Below are positions 60,221-64,000 of a DNA stretch of 64,000 bases, in pieces. Numbering within the stretch: the first letter of the stretch is position 1; each line of letters starts with the position of its first letter. A program made the position numbers and the translations under genes. This DNA is from an uncultured Actinomycetota bacterium (lineage in GTDB: Bacteria > Actinomycetota > Acidimicrobiia > Acidimicrobiales > Palsa-688): the NCBI GenBank assembly GCA_963792645.1, contig CAWBWS010000001.1, positions 655,973 to 719,972 of the forward strand, in the 5' to 3' direction. The notes beneath the pieces are model-generated. The model did no database searches. It worked only from the letters and a program-made list of their open reading frames with translations, and had not been told where the DNA came from.

Positions 60221-60871
60221 CTACCAGCTGACCGCCACATTGACCACCCCTTGCGAGGTGGCGGCGAGCGACCGGAACGTCGACCTGGCCACGTCCACGA
60301 TCCGCCCGGCGGCGAACGGGCCCCGGGAGACGACCCGGCAGGTGATCGAGGTGCCCGCCATGTTGGTCACCGTGAGCAGCGCCCCCATCGGGGCGTCATT
60401 GTTGGCACAGGTGCCGGTCGGAATGGTGTCGAGCCAGGTCGCCTGGCCGGCCTGGGCCGACGCGGATGGTGCCCGCACCGTCTGCGGCGCCGGCCCGACA
60501 ACGGCGGGTGTCGGTGTGATCGCCGGCCGGCTCACCGCCGGGAGCCCGGGGGGCGCCGGCGACGCCGACTTGGAAACTGTCCCAGCAGGCCCGGCCAGGG
60601 CCAGCGTGGCCGCCTCAGCCAGCAGAACTGCCGTCCGGCTCGCCGGATCGGTTACCGGCCTGGAGGCGTCGGCCAGCTTGGCGCCACTGACCCCGGCCCC
60701 TCCGTCGCGGCCCGGACTGCCGCCGGTGTGGCCGACCAGGGTGAACGCAGGCACCACGGCGAAGCTGCCGCAGAGGCCCATGATCACCAAACTGTGCCGC
60801 TTCCTCGACCTGGTGCAGGGGGAAGGCAGTGGTCTCGCCCTTTCGTCGGTGGCAGGGCGAGGCGTCACCAA
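60221..60871 (-). CDS. Secreted RlpA-like double-psi beta-barrel (DPBB) protein
   Basis: The C-terminus is GQATWLDTIPTGTCANNDAPMGALLTVTNMAGTSITCRVVSRGPFAAGRIVDVARSTFRSLA. The signal-like segment is RSRKRHSLVIMGLCGSFAVVPAFTLVG. It occupies the rpfB position of the mycobacterial cluster. Start TTG 60871 or GTG 60868. Confidence 0.7.
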   Translation of the reverse strand: MVTPRPATDERARPLPSPCTRSRKRHSLVIMGLCGSFAVVPAFTLVGHTGGSPGRDGGAGVSGAKLADASRPVTDPASRTAVLLAEAATLALAGPAGTVSKSASPAPPGLPAVSRPAITPTPAVVGPAPQTVRAPSASAQAGQATWLDTIPTGTCANNDAPMGALLTVTNMAGTSITCRVVSRGPFAAGRIVDVARSTFRSLAATSQGVVNVAVSW

Positions 60872-60897
60872 AGCTGGTCCCCCCGGCCCGACGAAAG
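60840..60897 (-). promoter_or_regulatory. 10-bp stem (60840-60849/60888-60897) enclosing the G-rich SD and start codon of the DPBB gene; possible pseudoknot with GGGCGAG/CUCGCCC
   Basis: On the mRNA, CUUUCGUCGG...CCGACGAAAG brackets GGGGGGACCAGCUUUGGUG. CUCGCCC inside the loop can pair with GGGCGAG just 3' of the stem. Confidence 0.4.
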
Positions 60898-60970
60898 ACG
60901 CTATTCAGGTTCGATGTGATGGCGCAAACCGGACGAAACCCCCCATTGCGTCTACCGGGCGGCTGCGCCG

Positions 60971-61708
60971 TCAGCCGTGCAGCTGGAAAAGGCGCTCGGC
61001 GTTGTCCCACGTCGCTTGCTCGACCTCCTCCACCGGGCAGTCCCGGGCGGCGGCGACCGCCGCCCCGACCAGCGGCACCAGGGCCGGCGAGTTGGGTTTG
61101 CCCCGGTGGGGCACGGGGGCCAGGAACGGGGAATCGGTCTCCACCAGCAGCCGGTCGAGCGGGCACAGGGCGGCGGCCTCCCGAACATCGCCGGCGCTGG
61201 GAAAGGTCACGATCCCGCTGAACGACAGGGCACCGCCGAGCTCGAGGGCCCGACCGGCCTCCTCCGGCCCGCCGGTGAAGCAGTGGTAGATGGTGCGGGA
61301 CGGCACCCCTTCCGACCGGAGCACGGCCCAGGTGTCGTCCCACGCCTCGCGGGTGTGAATCACCAGGGCCAGCCCGTATTCGTGGGCCATGGCGATCTGG
61401 GCCGCGAAGGCGTCGCGCTGTAGGGGCCGGGGCGAGTGGTCGTAGTGATAGTCCAGGCCGCATTCGCCCACCGCGACGACTTCCGCACCGCGCGACTCAA
61501 GCAGCGCCCTGATGGTCTCCGCCCCTTTGCTGGCGTCGTGGGGGTGCAACCCGACGGTGGCCCACACCCCGACGTGCTGGCGGGCCACCTCGATGGCGGC
61601 TTCGGACCAGGAGGCGTCGGTGCCCACCACGACGAGCCGGGCCACGCCGGCCTCACGGGCCGGGTCCACGGCGTCGGCGCCGATATGGCAATGACTGTCA
61701 GTCCACAC
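60971..61708 (-). CDS. tatD: TatD family metal-dependent hydrolase
   Basis: WTDSHCHI..GLHPHDA..GECGLDYHY..VIHTREA..HCFTG..ETDSPFLAP. GTG 61708 overlaps the metG stop. Confidence 0.9.
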   Translation of the reverse strand: MWTDSHCHIGADAVDPAREAGVARLVVVGTDASWSEAAIEVARQHVGVWATVGLHPHDASKGAETIRALLESRGAEVVAVGECGLDYHYDHSPRPLQRDAFAAQIAMAHEYGLALVIHTREAWDDTWAVLRSEGVPSRTIYHCFTGGPEEAGRALELGGALSFSGIVTFPSAGDVREAAALCPLDRLLVETDSPFLAPVPHRGKPNSPALVPLVGAAVAAARDCPVEEVEQATWDNAERLFQLHG

Positions 61709-63222
61709 GGGTGATCCGGGGGAACAGCGGCTTCCCCTTTTCCACCGGCAGTCCGCCCGGGTAGCCACCCCACGCCGCGGCATCCGGCAGCCGCTGACCG
61801 GCGATCGGGCCGACCGCGGCGGTGAGCCCGAGCCGCCGCCAGACCTCCTCGGCGGCTGCCGGCATAGCCGGCGACGCCAGCACGGCGACGATCCGCAACG
61901 CCTCCAGGGCATCACCCAGCACGGCGTCGACATCCGGCCCGGGCTCCGATTTCCAGGGTTGGGCGGCCTCCAGGGCGGCGTTAGTGTCGCGGACGAGCCG
62001 CCAGGTCGCCTCGAGCGCCTCGCTCGGCGCCACCCGGTCCCAGCACGCGGCGGCGGTGGCGTACACCGACGCCGCCACCTCGGCCAATGCGCTGTCCGGC
62101 GACGGGGCCGGGCCGACACCACCGCACTGTTTGGCCACCACCGTGGCCACCCGCGACAGCAGGTTGCCCAGGTTGTTGGCCAGATCGGCGTTATGACGGG
62201 CCACCATGCCCTCATAGGAGAACTCGCCATCGGGCCCGAACGCCTGATCCCGCAGGAAGTGGTAGCGGACTCCGTCGACACCGAACTCCGGCACCAGGTC
62301 GGCGGGGGCGATCTGATTGAAGGCCGTCTTGGACATCTTCTCGCCGCCGACCAGGAGAAAACCGTGCACGCGGCACGCGGTGCGGCGGCGCTTCGCCCGC
62401 CGCCATCAGCATCGCCGGCCAGTACACGCAGTGGAACCGGAGGATGTCCTTGCCGATCAGGTGGTGCACGGCCGGCCACCAGGTTTCGAAGCGCTCCCGA
62501 TCCGATCCATAGCCGATGGCCGTGGCGTAGTTGATCAGCGCGTCGTACCAGACGTAGAAGACGTGCGCCGGGTCCCACGGCACCGGAACGCCCCAGTTGA
62601 TGGAGGTGCGCGATATCGAGATGTCCTGCAATCCCTGGCGGATCAGGCCGATCGCCTCGTTGCGCTTGGACTCCGGGGCAACCGCTTCAGGCTGACTGGC
62701 ATACCAGTCGAGCAGCGGCTGTTCGAAGGCGGAAAGCTTGAAGAAGTAGTTGTCCTCCTTGAACAGCTCGACGGGCCGGTGATGGATCGGGCAGAGGTTG
62801 CCCTCCACCAGCTCGTCAGGGTTGTAGTAGGCCTCGCAGGACACGCAATACAGGCCCTCGTACGTCCCGAGCTCGATGAAACCATTGTCGTACACGGTTT
62901 TCAGCAGCTGCTGGGTGGCGACGTAGTGGCGGGACTCGGTGGTGCGGATGAAATCGTCGTAGGAGATGTTGAGCAGCTGCCAGCACTCCTTGAACCGCTC
63001 GCTGGTCCTGTCGGCCTGCTCGATCGGAGACAGCCCGTTGGCCTCGGCCGCCCGTTGGACCTTCAGACCGTGCTCGTCGGTGCCGGTGAGGAAGAACACC
63101 TCGTCTCCGGACATGCGGTGCCACCGGGCCAGGGCGTCGGCCGTAATCGTCGTATAGGCGTGCCCGATGTGTGGCACGTCGTTGACGTAGTAGATGGGTG
63201 TGGTGACGTAGAAGCGGGCCAC
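61698..63222 (-). CDS. metG: Methionine--tRNA ligase, one frame break at a 7-nt tandem duplication (62366-62379)
   Basis: The N-terminal part, PIYYVNDVPHIGHAYT.., is in ORF 62212..63222. The part from HGFLLVGGEKMSKT (KMSKS motif) onward is in ORF 61698..62369. Confidence 0.9.
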
Positions 63223-63235
63223 GGTGCGGTGAAGC

Positions 63236-63958
63236 CTACTTTTGCGGCATTCCGATCCGGACCGAGACGCCCGAGGAGTAGTGCACCAGCGGCTCGTCGA
63301 TGGGCCCGGGGAGCCCGGCGGCCGCCACCAGGTCGTCGCGCCACACCGTCGCCGTCGCCCGCTGCAGCGGCCCTGGTTGGCGATAGGCGGCCGCCAACCG
63401 CCCGCGCTGTCCGGCCACGTTGAACAGCACCCTCCGGGCGGTCAGGAAATGGTCCAGCGGTCGCAAGTTCGTCCAGCCGATACGGCGCGCCGATCTCGAT
63501 CGACGCCAGACTGGCGACGCCCCGGGGCCCGGGCCACCGCCGCCGGCACTTGTAGCGTGCGGTCGAACCGCGGAGATCCAGGCGCATGCGGGACCAGAAG
63601 TACGGCAGCCGGTAGGTGCTGCGGGCGACGACCACGGCGCCCAGGCGGGCCGCGTCGAGGGAGAAGAACCATATACCGGACCGGTCGTTGTCATCGCTGA
63701 CCTAGGTCCGCACGTTGGTCTCGCACGAGCGCGAGACCCACGGTACCGATTCGACCGGACCGACCCCGATCCGCATGAAGAACGGGACCAGACCCACCCA
63801 CACCGAACCGTCACGCACCTCGGCGGTGGGCCCGGCGGCAGCAGGCGCTGCACCGCGTCCGGTTCGAAGCGCCAGTGCAGGAAGGTCAGCGCCAGCCATT
63901 TCTGGGTCATCACCGCCCGGTTCGGCCGGTACGGCGAGGCGGCGGCCGGCTCAGCCAC
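63236..63958 (-). pseudogene. DUF2071 (YqjF-like) family gene with about 4 frame breaks
   Basis: Pieces in order: MTQKWLALTFLHWRFEPDAVQRLLPPG / AEVRDGSVWVGLVPFFMRIGV..ETNVRT / YVSDDNDRSGIWFFSLDAARLGAVVVARSTYRLPYFWSRMRL.. / LRPLDHFLTARRVLFNV..IDEPLVHYSSGVSVRIGMPQ. Confidence 0.7.
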
Positions 63959-64000
63959 CGGCGCCGCCGGCCGGCCGCTTCAGGGCCACCGCTACGTCGT

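Overview
Very GC-rich chromosomal segment with Actinomycetota hallmarks: bS22, DUF4193, and the eno-ftsB-DUF501-ppx cluster. Most of the window is conserved housekeeping. The gene order metG-tatD-(cell-wall protein)-rsmA-ispE ... glmU-prs-rplY-pth-mfd-mazG-eno-ftsB ... DUF501-ppx plus kdpFABC resembles, from memory, the M. tuberculosis region around Rv1007c-Rv1031. I support about 65 protein genes, two tRNAs (Leu-UAA, Gln-UUG) and a few repeats and hairpins. I found no CRISPR array, transposase, integrase or recognisable defence or toxin system, and no clearly novel multi-gene system.

The observations most worth a second look are:
- A small SelW/Rdx-family gene with an in-frame TGA at the CxxC position and an fdhF-like SECIS hairpin. 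The ORF track misses it.
- A roughly 57-nt palindromic element present twice, each copy directly after a stop codon, with compensatory base changes between the copies.
- A FabD fused to a lysine-less biotinyl/lipoyl-like domain.
- An extra small membrane ORF that is start/stop-coupled to kdpF.
- A GlmU that lacks its C-terminal part.
- A urocanase remnant.

Caveat: many conserved genes need frame corrections. There are at least 16 in 1.28-5.54 kb, several at 63.2-64 kb, and single breaks in fumC, metG, kdpC, an aldehyde dehydrogenase, ycaQ and a HAD gene. Because essential genes are hit, I read most of these as sequence or assembly indel errors rather than biology. Most other long ORFs in the track are wrong-frame or antisense artefacts of the GC content.
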